The notes under the pieces were generated by a model. It was given only the letters and a program-made list of their open reading frames with translations, made no database searches and was not told the origin of the DNA. Source: a virus. From it: a stretch of 16,517 bases of DNA. The first letter of the stretch is position 1. Each line of letters starts with the position of its first letter. The stretch lies in IMG/VR virus record IMGVR_UViG_3300043933_000129. The stretch is one strand, 5' to 3'. Position numbers and translations under genes: made by a program. This document shows positions 1 to 8,415 of this stretch, piece after piece.

Positions 1-33
1 GGGGTGGTTTCGAACGTCGAGATTTTCGGTACA
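1..33. repeat. Left inverted terminal repeat: 33 bp perfect, 41/43 if extended to nt 43. Starts 5'-GGGG.
   Basis: nt 1-33 are the exact reverse complement of nt 16485-16517, compared base by base. There are mismatches at 34 and 36, and 37-43 match again. Confidence 0.95.
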
Positions 34-51
34 ACACATGCACGCTATCAG

Positions 52-83
52 AAAAAAAAGAGAGTGATACAATAGTATCACCC
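52..83 (-). terminator. Rho-independent terminator ending the late (structural) operon
   Basis: Stem 62-70/75-83 has 9 bp and a 4-nt loop. The A63:C82 mismatch on the plus strand becomes a G-U wobble in minus-strand RNA. The stem is followed on the minus strand by U8 (plus-strand A-run 52-59). It lies 17 nt after the tail-fibre stop codon. Confidence 0.8.
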
Positions 84-99
84 CCTGTTATATTTTAAA

Positions 100-1509
100 T
101 CATCTTATACCTCTCAAGTCTACCTGTATTGTGCTTCCATCCCAGTTACCACTATTTCTTGTCACTGTCAACCAGTGCGCACCAACACTTGTAACTGTTG
201 ACGGGTAAGTTCCAACCCCTGGTATTGTTGTATTTACTGTCCATTCGAAAAAGTTAGCGTTTTCTACTGGAATATATACAGCGTTAGTGTTTTTAAAGGT
301 AGGTACAGATGCTGTTAAAGTGTAACCACCTTGATATTTATAATCAAGTGCTATTATTTGTGTATTAGACTCGGGTGAAATTGAGATACCCTTCTTATCA
401 CCAGGTATGTATCCATAGTGTGTAGTTTTTGTTAATCTAAAAAGAAGCATGTTTTGAATATTTTCGGTATAACAGCCAGCAAAGTTAAGTATTAAAGGTG
501 AGCCAGTAGCGCCAAAATTTAATTGGGCGGCGTCATCAACAGCAACGGCATGCTGTTGGCCAAGTATTTTACATCCTATTACATTGAAGTATTGTGTATC
601 AACATTAGCACTAGCTTCATTATGCACATAAATGCCATCTGAACCAGAAAATACACAATTCATAAAACGGTATATACACCCTCTTGTACACCCACAGCCT
701 AGTGCCGGTTGATTTTGACTAATAAATTTACAATTTACAACAGTTACTGTACTACCATAACTTGTATCGGTACTTCCATCGAGATGAAAGGCATAAGCAG
801 TTTTACTTATTGAATGAAAATAAATACCCTCAATATAAGTATCACCATAAATATATGCAGGGCCATTAGGATATGCTGCATCGCTAACAATCTCTGGCAT
901 ACCAATTCCAACAAGGTCAATGCCTGGGTTTTTTGTGAGTACAATACTTTCTTTGTATACACCACCGCATATTAAAATTGTAACTCTGTTTTGTCTACTG
1001 CAATATCCCTTTGCAAAGGTAATAGCTTCATTAATTGTATGAAATCTTCCACCACTTTTGGCAACTGTAATAACAGTAGGAGTATCGCCATCAAACACAA
1101 CATTTTTTAAATTATTTAATGCACTTGTTGTTAAATCAATTTTATTATTAAATTCATTATTTAATGCACTTGTTGTTACAGCAATTTTCTTATTTAATTC
1201 ATTATTAGTATTGGTCTGATTTTTTTTAAATGTCTGTAAATCAGTGTTAGTATTATTTGCAAGTTCTTTAGTTTCAAGAGTTATTTTTCTATACTCTTCA
1301 ACTTGTGCATTATAATCACCAGTATTAACCCAATAATCTGTATTATTAATTTCCACATTCGCAGGCACTGGCACTTTACTCGTAAAGCTATTGCCCATAT
1401 AAGTTACCACGCTTAACGCTTCATACTGCAAAGCCTTATTCCACTCACCCATAATTTTCGGTACATACCTAGCACCAACATACTGTCTGTTAATTAATTC
1501 ATTACTCAT
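100..1509 (-). CDS. Tail fibre / receptor-binding protein with a right-handed beta-helix (pectin-lyase / pectinesterase-like) domain
   Basis: 469-aa ORF behind the RBS AGGGAGG. The N-terminus (YVGARYVP...YW..TG) resembles anchor modules of Firmicutes phage fibres as I recall them. A coiled NN/TSALNN repeat segment follows. The segment HTINEAI...RVTILICGGVYKESIVL...IDLVG resembles the start of pectinesterase/beta-helix domains, and NCKF/NCVF/IGCKI rungs follow. It is the last gene of the late operon. Confidence 0.7.
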   Translation of the reverse strand: MSNELINRQYVGARYVPKIMGEWNKALQYEALSVVTYMGNSFTSKVPVPANVEINNTDYWVNTGDYNAQVEEYRKITLETKELANNTNTDLQTFKKNQTNTNNELNKKIAVTTSALNNEFNNKIDLTTSALNNLKNVVFDGDTPTVITVAKSGGRFHTINEAITFAKGYCSRQNRVTILICGGVYKESIVLTKNPGIDLVGIGMPEIVSDAAYPNGPAYIYGDTYIEGIYFHSISKTAYAFHLDGSTDTSYGSTVTVVNCKFISQNQPALGCGCTRGCIYRFMNCVFSGSDGIYVHNEASANVDTQYFNVIGCKILGQQHAVAVDDAAQLNFGATGSPLILNFAGCYTENIQNMLLFRLTKTTHYGYIPGDKKGISISPESNTQIIALDYKYQGGYTLTASVPTFKNTNAVYIPVENANFFEWTVNTTIPGVGTYPSTVTSVGAHWLTVTRNSGNWDGSTIQVDLRGIR

Positions 1510-1529
1510 ATTACTCTTACCTCCCTTTC

Positions 1530-1940
1530 TTAATAACTTAATACTAAATGGCCATAGTCATAGTTACCAACCCCAATATTATTTTCAATATCTAATCCAG
1601 TAGTATTAAATGTTATATTCTTCCAAGTAGTGGGAATATTATAAATAATATATCCACTGTCACTAATAGTAACAAATATCATAGTTGCAAGATATTCACG
1701 AACAACGCTCTCTATAAAGCTAGTATCAAAGTTATCAATCCATTCCTGCACTTGCTTTAATTCATTTTTTAATTTTTCGACATCATTAATAATAGCTTTA
1801 TCATTTTCAATCAAATTATTAATATAGTCAACACATTTGCAGATAACTTCATAATAACTTAATCCATCATCATACACTAGTGGTAACACTTTAAAGCACC
1901 AAAACCTAAATTCTGTTAGGTCTCTATAATTTGCGTCCAT
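1530..1940 (-). CDS. Small tail/appendage-associated structural protein (function uncertain)
   Basis: 136-aa ORF behind the RBS AGAGAGG. It sits between the lower collar and the fibre gene. The N-terminal motif KVLPLVYDDGLSYYE resembles N-termini of Firmicutes phage fibre/appendage proteins as I recall them. Confidence 0.5.
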   Translation of the reverse strand: MDANYRDLTEFRFWCFKVLPLVYDDGLSYYEVICKCVDYINNLIENDKAIINDVEKLKNELKQVQEWIDNFDTSFIESVVREYLATMIFVTISDSGYIIYNIPTTWKNITFNTTGLDIENNIGVGNYDYGHLVLSY

Positions 1941-1958
1941 TATTACCTCTCTTTCCCT

Positions 1959-2720
1959 TTACCATAAAGTAAAGAAACAATCACTGCAATCTTCAATAAT
2001 CATCATATCAATATTGAGAAAAGTCTCTCTAAATTTCTTTAATAAACTGCTATAATTTTCTGTTCCCTGTTTGCCTTTTACTGTCTCAATATACTTATCA
2101 GTATTATTAATATTTTCTGTACCACTACCAGTTTTATTATCATTCCTTGTCAAAGTATCTGTACTTTCATTGCTAGTCGTATTATCTTCATTCACCTTAG
2201 TAACTGTAGTTAAAGGCACACTGTCAGCAATACCCTGTGTATCCATACTATTCTGCGGAGTATCACTAAATCTATTCAAGGTATCAGTATCATTTGTACT
2301 ACTACCTCTACTAACATTTTTGCTTGTACCACTATTAGTTTCTGTATTTTTACTTGTCCTATTACTTGTGCCGCTACCCTCTCTACTCCTAGTCAAATCA
2401 ACATCATAAAAAGGATTAAACTCAAGCAACTCACTTTTATACAACTGATTGTAATAAGGCATAATTTCATTGAGCTTAGCATTTAATGCTAGTTTCCACC
2501 TGCCTACAGTTTCATGTGCAATCTCTCTTGTATAATAATGCTTTAATATTTTCCTGCATAAAACCTGTCTATAGTTTTCATCAAAGATAGGAAAGTCAAA
2601 GTTAAAAACCTTATTCCAACACTTATCTAAAATACTATCAATATTATCTGCCCCATCACTCTCACTCAAGCCTGCACTATTTTCACAGATAAATCGCACC
2701 TCTGTTGTATACTTACTCAT
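1959..2720 (-). CDS. Lower collar protein (phi29 gp11-like position)
   Basis: The ORF-track start at 2732 is a GTG inside the RBS AAGGTGGTG. The ATG at 2720 (MSKYTTEVRF...) has correct spacing and overlaps the portal stop by 8 nt. The call rests on synteny immediately after the portal and on a central S/T/N-rich low-complexity stretch. Product is 253 aa. Confidence 0.6.
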   Translation of the reverse strand: MSKYTTEVRFICENSAGLSESDGADNIDSILDKCWNKVFNFDFPIFDENYRQVLCRKILKHYYTREIAHETVGRWKLALNAKLNEIMPYYNQLYKSELLEFNPFYDVDLTRSREGSGTSNRTSKNTETNSGTSKNVSRGSSTNDTDTLNRFSDTPQNSMDTQGIADSVPLTTVTKVNEDNTTSNESTDTLTRNDNKTGSGTENINNTDKYIETVKGKQGTENYSSLLKKFRETFLNIDMMIIEDCSDCFFTLW

Positions 2721-3609
2721 TATTTTCACCACCTTTACCTATATCAATTTCGTTACTTAAATTTGCTTCATTAGCGTTATAAGTATCAAGTACCTGCATG
2801 TCCTCTCTATAATCAACACTAATGTTTAATCCAAACATTTTGTTAATCTGCTCGCAAGCCTGCTGTCTCATAAACAGTCTCGAATATCTACTAGCAATCG
2901 TGCCACCTAAGTTTCTTTGTACTTCATCAGTTATCATTCTCTCTTTCTTCACAGTATTAACATTACTAATACCTAAATAAGTCAATGCTTCATTCCAGTA
3001 CTGCGTCTTTAACTCATACAACTTATCAGCAACATAAGGACTTGTAGTATCAAGAGTTTTAATACCGCTTAAATCTAAGTTCTTATCACCGAAAATGAAT
3101 GGTTCATTACCCATATATTGTGCATATAGATTTTTCATTACAAGTCTTTGATTTTCAGTGCATGTAACAATTTTAGGTGTTTTTTGCTGTATAACGTTTA
3201 CGTCAATAGTTCTCTGTATTTCATACAGTCTTTTGCTCATTTCCTGTACATCAAGTATACTGTTAGTGTGTAGCATATTATTAAAGATAATAACACTGTT
3301 ACTTGGGTCAAGTTTCATCTGATAACCATTTTGTGCAAACGCTGTTCGTGTAATAGGTATTCTGTAAACATCAAGTGCGCCACCTATCATAACTTGCAGA
3401 CCTAAATATCCCATGACTTCATCCTTAAAAAACACTGACATTCCATCATTGAAAAGAGCTAACTCTAAAAATCTTGCATCAACGGTATCAGGTAAGTTCT
3501 TCCAGTCATACATTGAAATACTTAATTCAGTAAGTCTATTAACATACTGTAAATATGTTCTTTGATTTTGTAAAAAGGCTTCAGTTTGTGCTTTTCTTCC
3601 TTTTTTCAT
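2713..3609 (-). CDS. Portal / upper collar connector protein (phi29 gp10 family)
   Basis: 298 aa (phi29 gp10 is about 309 aa). Motifs line up with my recollection of gp10: W.NLP.T, DVY, QQKTP, NLYAQYMGNEPFIF, SPYVADKL, WNEALTYLGI.N.N..KKERMITDEV, ACEQIN..FGLN. The RBS is GAGGTGA. Confidence 0.9.
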   Translation of the reverse strand: MKKGRKAQTEAFLQNQRTYLQYVNRLTELSISMYDWKNLPDTVDARFLELALFNDGMSVFFKDEVMGYLGLQVMIGGALDVYRIPITRTAFAQNGYQMKLDPSNSVIIFNNMLHTNSILDVQEMSKRLYEIQRTIDVNVIQQKTPKIVTCTENQRLVMKNLYAQYMGNEPFIFGDKNLDLSGIKTLDTTSPYVADKLYELKTQYWNEALTYLGISNVNTVKKERMITDEVQRNLGGTIASRYSRLFMRQQACEQINKMFGLNISVDYREDMQVLDTYNANEANLSNEIDIGKGGENNE

Positions 3610-3624
3610 TGTCTCACCTCTTTT

Positions 3625-5388
3625 CTAACTAGGACTGTTATTTAATGAATAGTTACCTATTTCACTAGCGTTTTTCCAAAATGTAATTCCATTGTCGAAA
3701 ATGTTTTTAATAGCTGTTATATCATTATTGCTACAATTGTTACCAACTAAATTACATTGTTGTGTTTTAGTATAAGTCCAATGTGGTCTTACATTTATAT
3801 TAGGTACTTTTACTTCATTTGTAGCATATCCAAACATAGTAAAATAATCGTCAATTATTTTTGCTATCTTAGGATGAACATGAGTGTTCATACTGTAGAA
3901 ATCAAGGAATGTGGTATCTAACATAACATTATTACCACCGCCACCTCTCGAACTAACTGGCAATGTTTTGGCTTGTTGCATCTGAATTAAACTATTTTTA
4001 ATATCAGAATAACCACTAACACCCATTCCTGCTTGCATAGCAGATTGAATAGGATTACTGCTCATATTTCCTTTGCCAATATATTGTGATGTCATAGGTC
4101 GCATTACATCATTCATATCAAATTGTCCATTTCCTGCGAGCTTAATTGATGTACTAGGATTTATTTGAGATGCACTTGGTTGATGAAATATCCCTCCACC
4201 CGTTGCTTCTGATAGACCTGCGCCTAGTGTAAGTTTCGCTAAACCGGTTGCAATATTACTTTGAACACTTACTTTATTTTGTGCCCACCATACCTTAAAC
4301 GTATCACTACTCCATGGTACAATTGGCATATTATCAAGTGTTAAGCTAAAATCAAAATTTATTTGCGTATTTCCTGCACTCGTTGTTTGTCCATTACTTG
4401 TTCCGTTATAGTTTAATGGGCTTGCCATATAATAGCCATTAATTACATCACTAAACACTTCAAAATTGCATTTATCATCATCAAATAACTCGTACCTATA
4501 ATCAATGCTATTACCACTACCATTACTTAGTGTTAGATAAGTATATGGATAACATAGTAATTTATGATTTTTAGGTACATATGTTCCAACTTTATTTGTT
4601 GGTTTATTTATCTGAAATGGTAATGGTTCATTTTGTTTTAATCCATAAATAGGTTTTTTATTTGTAGGCATTTGTCCAGTAATTGATAAATGTTTTATTA
4701 ATGTTTTGGGTGTTAATATAATATTAATTATTTGGTCTGTTTTTCCTTTATTATCGAGCGACATTATAAATTCTGCTAAACTGTGTTGGTCATTGTCACA
4801 ATATATTAGCATACATGGTGAATACATGCCATTATAATTGTATTGTAATTCTGAAATAGCACCTTGTTCATCAGCACCGCTTAATACTATTAAACACCAA
4901 TCATTAAAAATTCCGCTTTTAATAGGTTGGTCATACATCATTTGTCCGGTAGGAATATTTTCACCAACTAAACAATCATTTGTAGTATCTGTTGCATGAT
5001 GTTCTCTTTCAACAAAACTTTCTTTAAGAGTGCAATCAAAAAGAAACCATGTTTGCATAACATCAACAGTAAAATATACATTACTAACTTTGTCATTTAC
5101 ATATTCAATATTAGTAATAAAAGCGTAAAACCATTTTGTACTATAGTTAGTATTCTGAAACATCATGTAGTTACAATTATAAATGCTCTCTGCACTTGCA
5201 CTCATTCTTACAACACCCTGCTGTCCGCTAATTCTCTGAAAACTAGCTCTATCCATAGTCTTACTAACTTTACTATCAAAGTAACTTTTCTGTGCACTTC
5301 TGCTTGCAAAGTAGATAGTATCTTTATAACTGCTATCTATTGGTACACCACTGCATAATTTGATAACACTATTAGGTTGTATCTGCAT
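3625..5388 (-). CDS. Tail knob / distal tube protein (phi29 gp9 family)
   Basis: The track start at 5421 is a TTG. The ATG at 5388 follows AAAGGTGGTGAAGAT. Product is 587 aa (phi29 gp9 is 599 aa). The motif block YMMFQN.NYS.KWFYAFITN..., DVMQTW and ESFVEREH matches gp9 as I recall it. Confidence 0.88.
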   Translation of the reverse strand: MQIQPNSVIKLCSGVPIDSSYKDTIYFASRSAQKSYFDSKVSKTMDRASFQRISGQQGVVRMSASAESIYNCNYMMFQNTNYSTKWFYAFITNIEYVNDKVSNVYFTVDVMQTWFLFDCTLKESFVEREHHATDTTNDCLVGENIPTGQMMYDQPIKSGIFNDWCLIVLSGADEQGAISELQYNYNGMYSPCMLIYCDNDQHSLAEFIMSLDNKGKTDQIINIILTPKTLIKHLSITGQMPTNKKPIYGLKQNEPLPFQINKPTNKVGTYVPKNHKLLCYPYTYLTLSNGSGNSIDYRYELFDDDKCNFEVFSDVINGYYMASPLNYNGTSNGQTTSAGNTQINFDFSLTLDNMPIVPWSSDTFKVWWAQNKVSVQSNIATGLAKLTLGAGLSEATGGGIFHQPSASQINPSTSIKLAGNGQFDMNDVMRPMTSQYIGKGNMSSNPIQSAMQAGMGVSGYSDIKNSLIQMQQAKTLPVSSRGGGGNNVMLDTTFLDFYSMNTHVHPKIAKIIDDYFTMFGYATNEVKVPNINVRPHWTYTKTQQCNLVGNNCSNNDITAIKNIFDNGITFWKNASEIGNYSLNNSPS

Positions 5389-5409
5389 ATCTTCACCACC
5401 TTTATAATA

Positions 5410-5435
5410 GCAGGAAAGCAATCACGCTCTCCTGC
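5410..5435 (-). terminator. Strong hairpin just after the major capsid gene; candidate attenuator or partial terminator
   Basis: 10-bp stem 5410-5419/5426-5435 with a 6-nt loop. The A5416:C5429 mismatch on the plus strand is a G-U wobble on the minus strand, so the structure is strand-specific. It is followed by UAUUAUAAA and then the tail-knob RBS. Confidence 0.45.
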
Positions 5436-5445
5436 CATATTCAAT

Positions 5446-6813
5446 TTACGCAACTGTAATAGTCGCATTACCAGTCTTTTCACTATCAAATGTACTTGTT
5501 GCTTTAACTTTAATAGTTTTTGGTTTAGCGTCACTATTAACTTTAAGCATACCAGTACTTGAAATACTAGCCTCAGCACCATCTGTATCAATACTCCAAA
5601 TAACGCTCTGCGGTGCATAGTTATCAGTAGTAACAGTAACATTTAACTGTAACTGACCACCTGCACTAACAGTAGCTGTACTAGGTGTAACCGTAACTGT
5701 TTTGACTGTAGGAACTCCTGCAACAAATACAGCATTGTTTGAGAATGGTGATACACTAAATGTTTTCCATACATGATACCAGTAGTTCCAATACAGACCT
5801 TCGCCATTGTACTGCTCTGTGAAGTTCTGATAATTGTCGAATATCATAAACCAGTCACTATCAACCAATACGCAAGGTATAGTGTCAAGTGCTTTAAGCT
5901 GTTCTGTACTTATCTTTGTATAGGTTGGGTCATCAGCAAAGAGAATATTTAATCTCTCAATGTCTAAATCGCCGAAACTATCTACAAGTATATGATGTCC
6001 GTCAAACTCTGCTTTATCCATATTAAAAGCACTTGCAAGTACTTCAACATTCATGGTAGCATCAAACTGTGAATTGACTAACAAATACTGCTCCTGCTTA
6101 GGTGTATGGTTCATAACTCCTGCAAGGTTATTCTTTGAATTAAGGAAAGTAAACTTGTTTGATACTCCCTTAATGGTACTAACAATACTATTCATATTTG
6201 CACTGTTAATATCAGGAATAGTAACTGGGTTCATGTGTCCATTTAAGATATGTTTTGCAAGCATATACTTCATAGTCTGAAACTCGTCATAGTTAGCACC
6301 AGTATACATAGCGTCTACAATCTTAGCAATCAAATCTGTAATGCCGTCAATAGACAGAAAAGCCTGTCTCAACTGGTCATTTGAAATTGTAGCTTTGTAG
6401 AACTTCTGATAGTTCATAATGTGAAACGCACTGCGTACATCGGGAATTTCACGTTTGAATACATTAGACTCTGCAACCTGTGGGTCATACTGGAAAGGCT
6501 TTGCAATATTAACAAATACTTCCTCGATAGACTCACCAAACTCAAGCATACCCTTTTTAAACATAGCCCATGGATTGTCATATGATTTGCTTGTTAAAAT
6601 TACTCTACCTATTCTGTTTACAAGAGCAGATAAAAACTCATTCTGCAAAGCAGGATAGTCCATGATTACTGCGCCAATTTCTCTGATTGAGTCAGAGTCA
6701 GCTGTAGCATGTGGTACATAATCTTTGTAATTTGTACTCGCGTTGTTTCTTATTGCATTTAAGATGTCAACGCTTGAATTAGTAAGTGTCTTAATTTTTG
6801 GTTTTGTAGCCAT
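5446..6813 (-). CDS. Major capsid protein with a C-terminal bacterial Ig-like (Big_2) domain (phi29 gp8 family)
   Basis: 455 aa (phi29 gp8 is 448 aa). The N-terminal block DILNAIRN...YVPHAT, LVNRIGRV, FKKG...G.SIEE, QYDP..AE..VF.REIP.V...FH and LYWNYWYHVW matches gp8 as I recall it. The last ~85 aa (VTVTPSTATVSAGGQLQLNVTV...SVIWS...ATITVA) look like a Big_2 domain. Confidence 0.92.
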   Translation of the reverse strand: MATKPKIKTLTNSSVDILNAIRNNASTNYKDYVPHATADSDSIREIGAVIMDYPALQNEFLSALVNRIGRVILTSKSYDNPWAMFKKGMLEFGESIEEVFVNIAKPFQYDPQVAESNVFKREIPDVRSAFHIMNYQKFYKATISNDQLRQAFLSIDGITDLIAKIVDAMYTGANYDEFQTMKYMLAKHILNGHMNPVTIPDINSANMNSIVSTIKGVSNKFTFLNSKNNLAGVMNHTPKQEQYLLVNSQFDATMNVEVLASAFNMDKAEFDGHHILVDSFGDLDIERLNILFADDPTYTKISTEQLKALDTIPCVLVDSDWFMIFDNYQNFTEQYNGEGLYWNYWYHVWKTFSVSPFSNNAVFVAGVPTVKTVTVTPSTATVSAGGQLQLNVTVTTDNYAPQSVIWSIDTDGAEASISSTGMLKVNSDAKPKTIKVKATSTFDSEKTGNATITVA

Positions 6814-6818
6814 AATTC

Positions 6819-7139
6819 CTAGCCCTCTCTTTCTTTGAATAAATCATCAAAGGAAATGTCCTTACCATCATCAGTAATATCTTCCCTTTGCTGTTGCATT
6901 GCTGTTGTAGGGTCTGTCCCCTCTTTGCCCTCAAAAAATCGTGCTTTATATTTTTCTCTCCACTCATTGTCATTCTGTTCATATTTTGTTTTCCAATCAG
7001 TAGTATCCCTTGCACGTGTTTCAAGGTCATTGAATGTATCAGTAAAATTTTCAATCATAGCAAGTGTGTTATCATCAGCACTATCTCCTGCTAGTCCTTT
7101 TACTGCGTTCATAAAATCATCATGTGAAAGTACTGCCAT
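6819..7139 (-). CDS. Scaffolding protein (phi29 gp7-like position)
   Basis: The track start at 7148 is the GTG of the RBS GAGGTGA; the ATG is at 7139. The 106-aa product is highly acidic and predicted helical. It lies directly upstream of the capsid gene. Confidence 0.65.
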   Translation of the reverse strand: MAVLSHDDFMNAVKGLAGDSADDNTLAMIENFTDTFNDLETRARDTTDWKTKYEQNDNEWREKYKARFFEGKEGTDPTTAMQQQREDITDDGKDISFDDLFKEREG

Positions 7140-7159
7140 TTTTCTCACCTCTTTTCTAT

Positions 7160-7753
7160 TTAAAGTAATGGTCTACACATCATCCAAAGTGGCATACGTT
7201 TTCGCTTAGTCGGCGTAGGTGGTGTAGGTGGTGTAGGTGGTGTAGGTGGTGTAACACCAGTTAGGTATTCATACCACGCATTGGCATATGCAACTCTTTT
7301 TTCTGCTACCTCTATACCTGCTCTTTCACGTTCTATGAGATAGGCCATACATGCTGTAGTTACATTTGTAAGCTGTGAAAATTCTTCACCTGTGTATGGA
7401 TAACCTTTAGCAGGTTTTGGTATCCATTGGCCACCATAGCCGTTTATTATTTCATCCCACATTAACTGTGTTTGAATTTCACCAGTAGCCCAGTCAGAAC
7501 CATGAGCACTTGCGTATTTTGTTAAGTTACTGCTAGGCGTCCATTGTATTAAACCCCAACCACTGCTTGCACTTGCTGTTTGTTTCATACCCGGGTTAAT
7601 GTTTGACTCCTGCTGTAGGTTTCCTAACATACCTGCTATACTTTCAATGGTAAAACCTTTACTGTGAAAATATCCATAAAATTCAGTAGCATTGTTTTCC
7701 ATTTGTGATTGAGTTAAGTATGCATCTACTCCAACTTTAACTATCCATGCCAT
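7160..7753 (-). CDS. Lysozyme-like peptidoglycan hydrolase (phage tail lysozyme type) with a C-terminal (PTP)n repeat and a short basic/hydrophobic tail
   Basis: 197 aa. GMLGNLQQESNINPG ... GWGLIQWT is the catalytic-region signature I associate with the phage tail lysozyme family (the N-terminal domain type of phi29 gp13). The start codon shares one base with the endolysin stop (TAATG). Confidence 0.65.
   Translation of the reverse strand: MAWIVKVGVDAYLTQSQMENNATEFYGYFHSKGFTIESIAGMLGNLQQESNINPGMKQTASASSGWGLIQWTPSSNLTKYASAHGSDWATGEIQTQLMWDEIINGYGGQWIPKPAKGYPYTGEEFSQLTNVTTACMAYLIERERAGIEVAEKRVAYANAWYEYLTGVTPPTPPTPPTPPTPTKRKRMPLWMMCRPLL
7215..7253. repeat. 9-nt tandem repeat (GTAGGTGGT) x4.3 encoding the PTPPTPPTPPTP linker
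   Basis: Perfect units at 7215-7223, 7224-7232, 7233-7241 and 7242-7250, plus a partial unit. Confidence 0.95.
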
Positions 7754-8415
7754 TATCTTATTCCTAAACTAAAAAGTTTATTCCATGTGTTAATACCGCA
7801 CATTCCATCAGCAGATAAACCATGCTGTGACTGAAAATTTTTACATGCTCTTTCGCATCCTGCACCATATTTTGTATCAATGCTACCAGTATAATATCCT
7901 AACTTTTTCATAAGTATTTCAAATACTGTTACGTCATTGTTTGAAGAACCTCTTTTTAATAAATTCATACTATAACCTGCACTTCCTTTATTTTCATTAT
8001 AACGTAAATGATAACTCCAACCATAACTAGGTGTATAATATTTCCTTATGCATATTTCTTTTCCAGTTTGGTCTCCTGCTTTACGTCCCTTTGTAGTTCC
8101 ATTTTCATCAATGCTTGCGTGTACTATATGCTCACTATCTGTTGAAACACAAACATGTTTACCTACAGCTAAGTGTATATCGCCTTTTCTAAAAGGCCTG
8201 TTACAAGAAGTAAAACCACAACGTTTTAACTGTTCATATAGATTCCTTGTTGTGCTGTTTACATTTACGTTAAAGCCTGCTTCAGCGAGTGCATGTCCAA
8301 CTAATGAACTACAGTCAAAGTCTGGATTTCCACCTCTGTGTATCTGTGAATATCCATGCGAATTGTCATTTGCTATTGCAATCATATAGTCTGTATATGT
8401 ATCAACTTTACTCAT
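7753..8415 (-). CDS. Endolysin: N-terminal NlpC/P60-type cysteine peptidase/amidase domain plus C-terminal PG_binding_1 domain
   Basis: The DFDCSSLV (catalytic Cys context), GDIHL...HV...H and GDQTGKE motifs fit NlpC/P60-like lysins. The C-terminus GYYTGSIDTKYGAGCERACKNFQSQHGLSADGMCGINTWNKL fits the PG_binding_1 pattern. I prefer the start at ATG 8415; the track used GTG 8424, so the start is uncertain by 9 nt. Confidence 0.8.
   Translation of the reverse strand: MSKVDTYTDYMIAIANDNSHGYSQIHRGGNPDFDCSSLVGHALAEAGFNVNVNSTTRNLYEQLKRCGFTSCNRPFRKGDIHLAVGKHVCVSTDSEHIVHASIDENGTTKGRKAGDQTGKEICIRKYYTPSYGWSYHLRYNENKGSAGYSMNLLKRGSSNNDVTVFEILMKKLGYYTGSIDTKYGAGCERACKNFQSQHGLSADGMCGINTWNKLFSLGIR

Noticed and set aside
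63-72. 10-mer AGTGATACAA shared between the left terminator (63-72) and the region upstream of p6-like B (15891-15900)
   Set aside because: Many exact 10-mer repeats are expected by chance in a 16.5-kb AT-rich sequence, and the context is not shared beyond the 10 nt.
2071-2409. 112-aa plus-strand ORF rich in L/V/S
   Set aside because: It is antisense to the S/T/N-rich low-complexity part of the lower-collar gene. Its composition is what that antisense reading produces. It has no RBS and is fully embedded in a well-supported gene.
7160-7260. Programmed frameshift at the 9-nt repeat, fusing the lysozyme-like ORF to the scaffold ORF
   Set aside because: The scaffold reading frame is closed by a TAG at 7175-7173 upstream of its start. 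No continuous alternative frame links the two ORFs.
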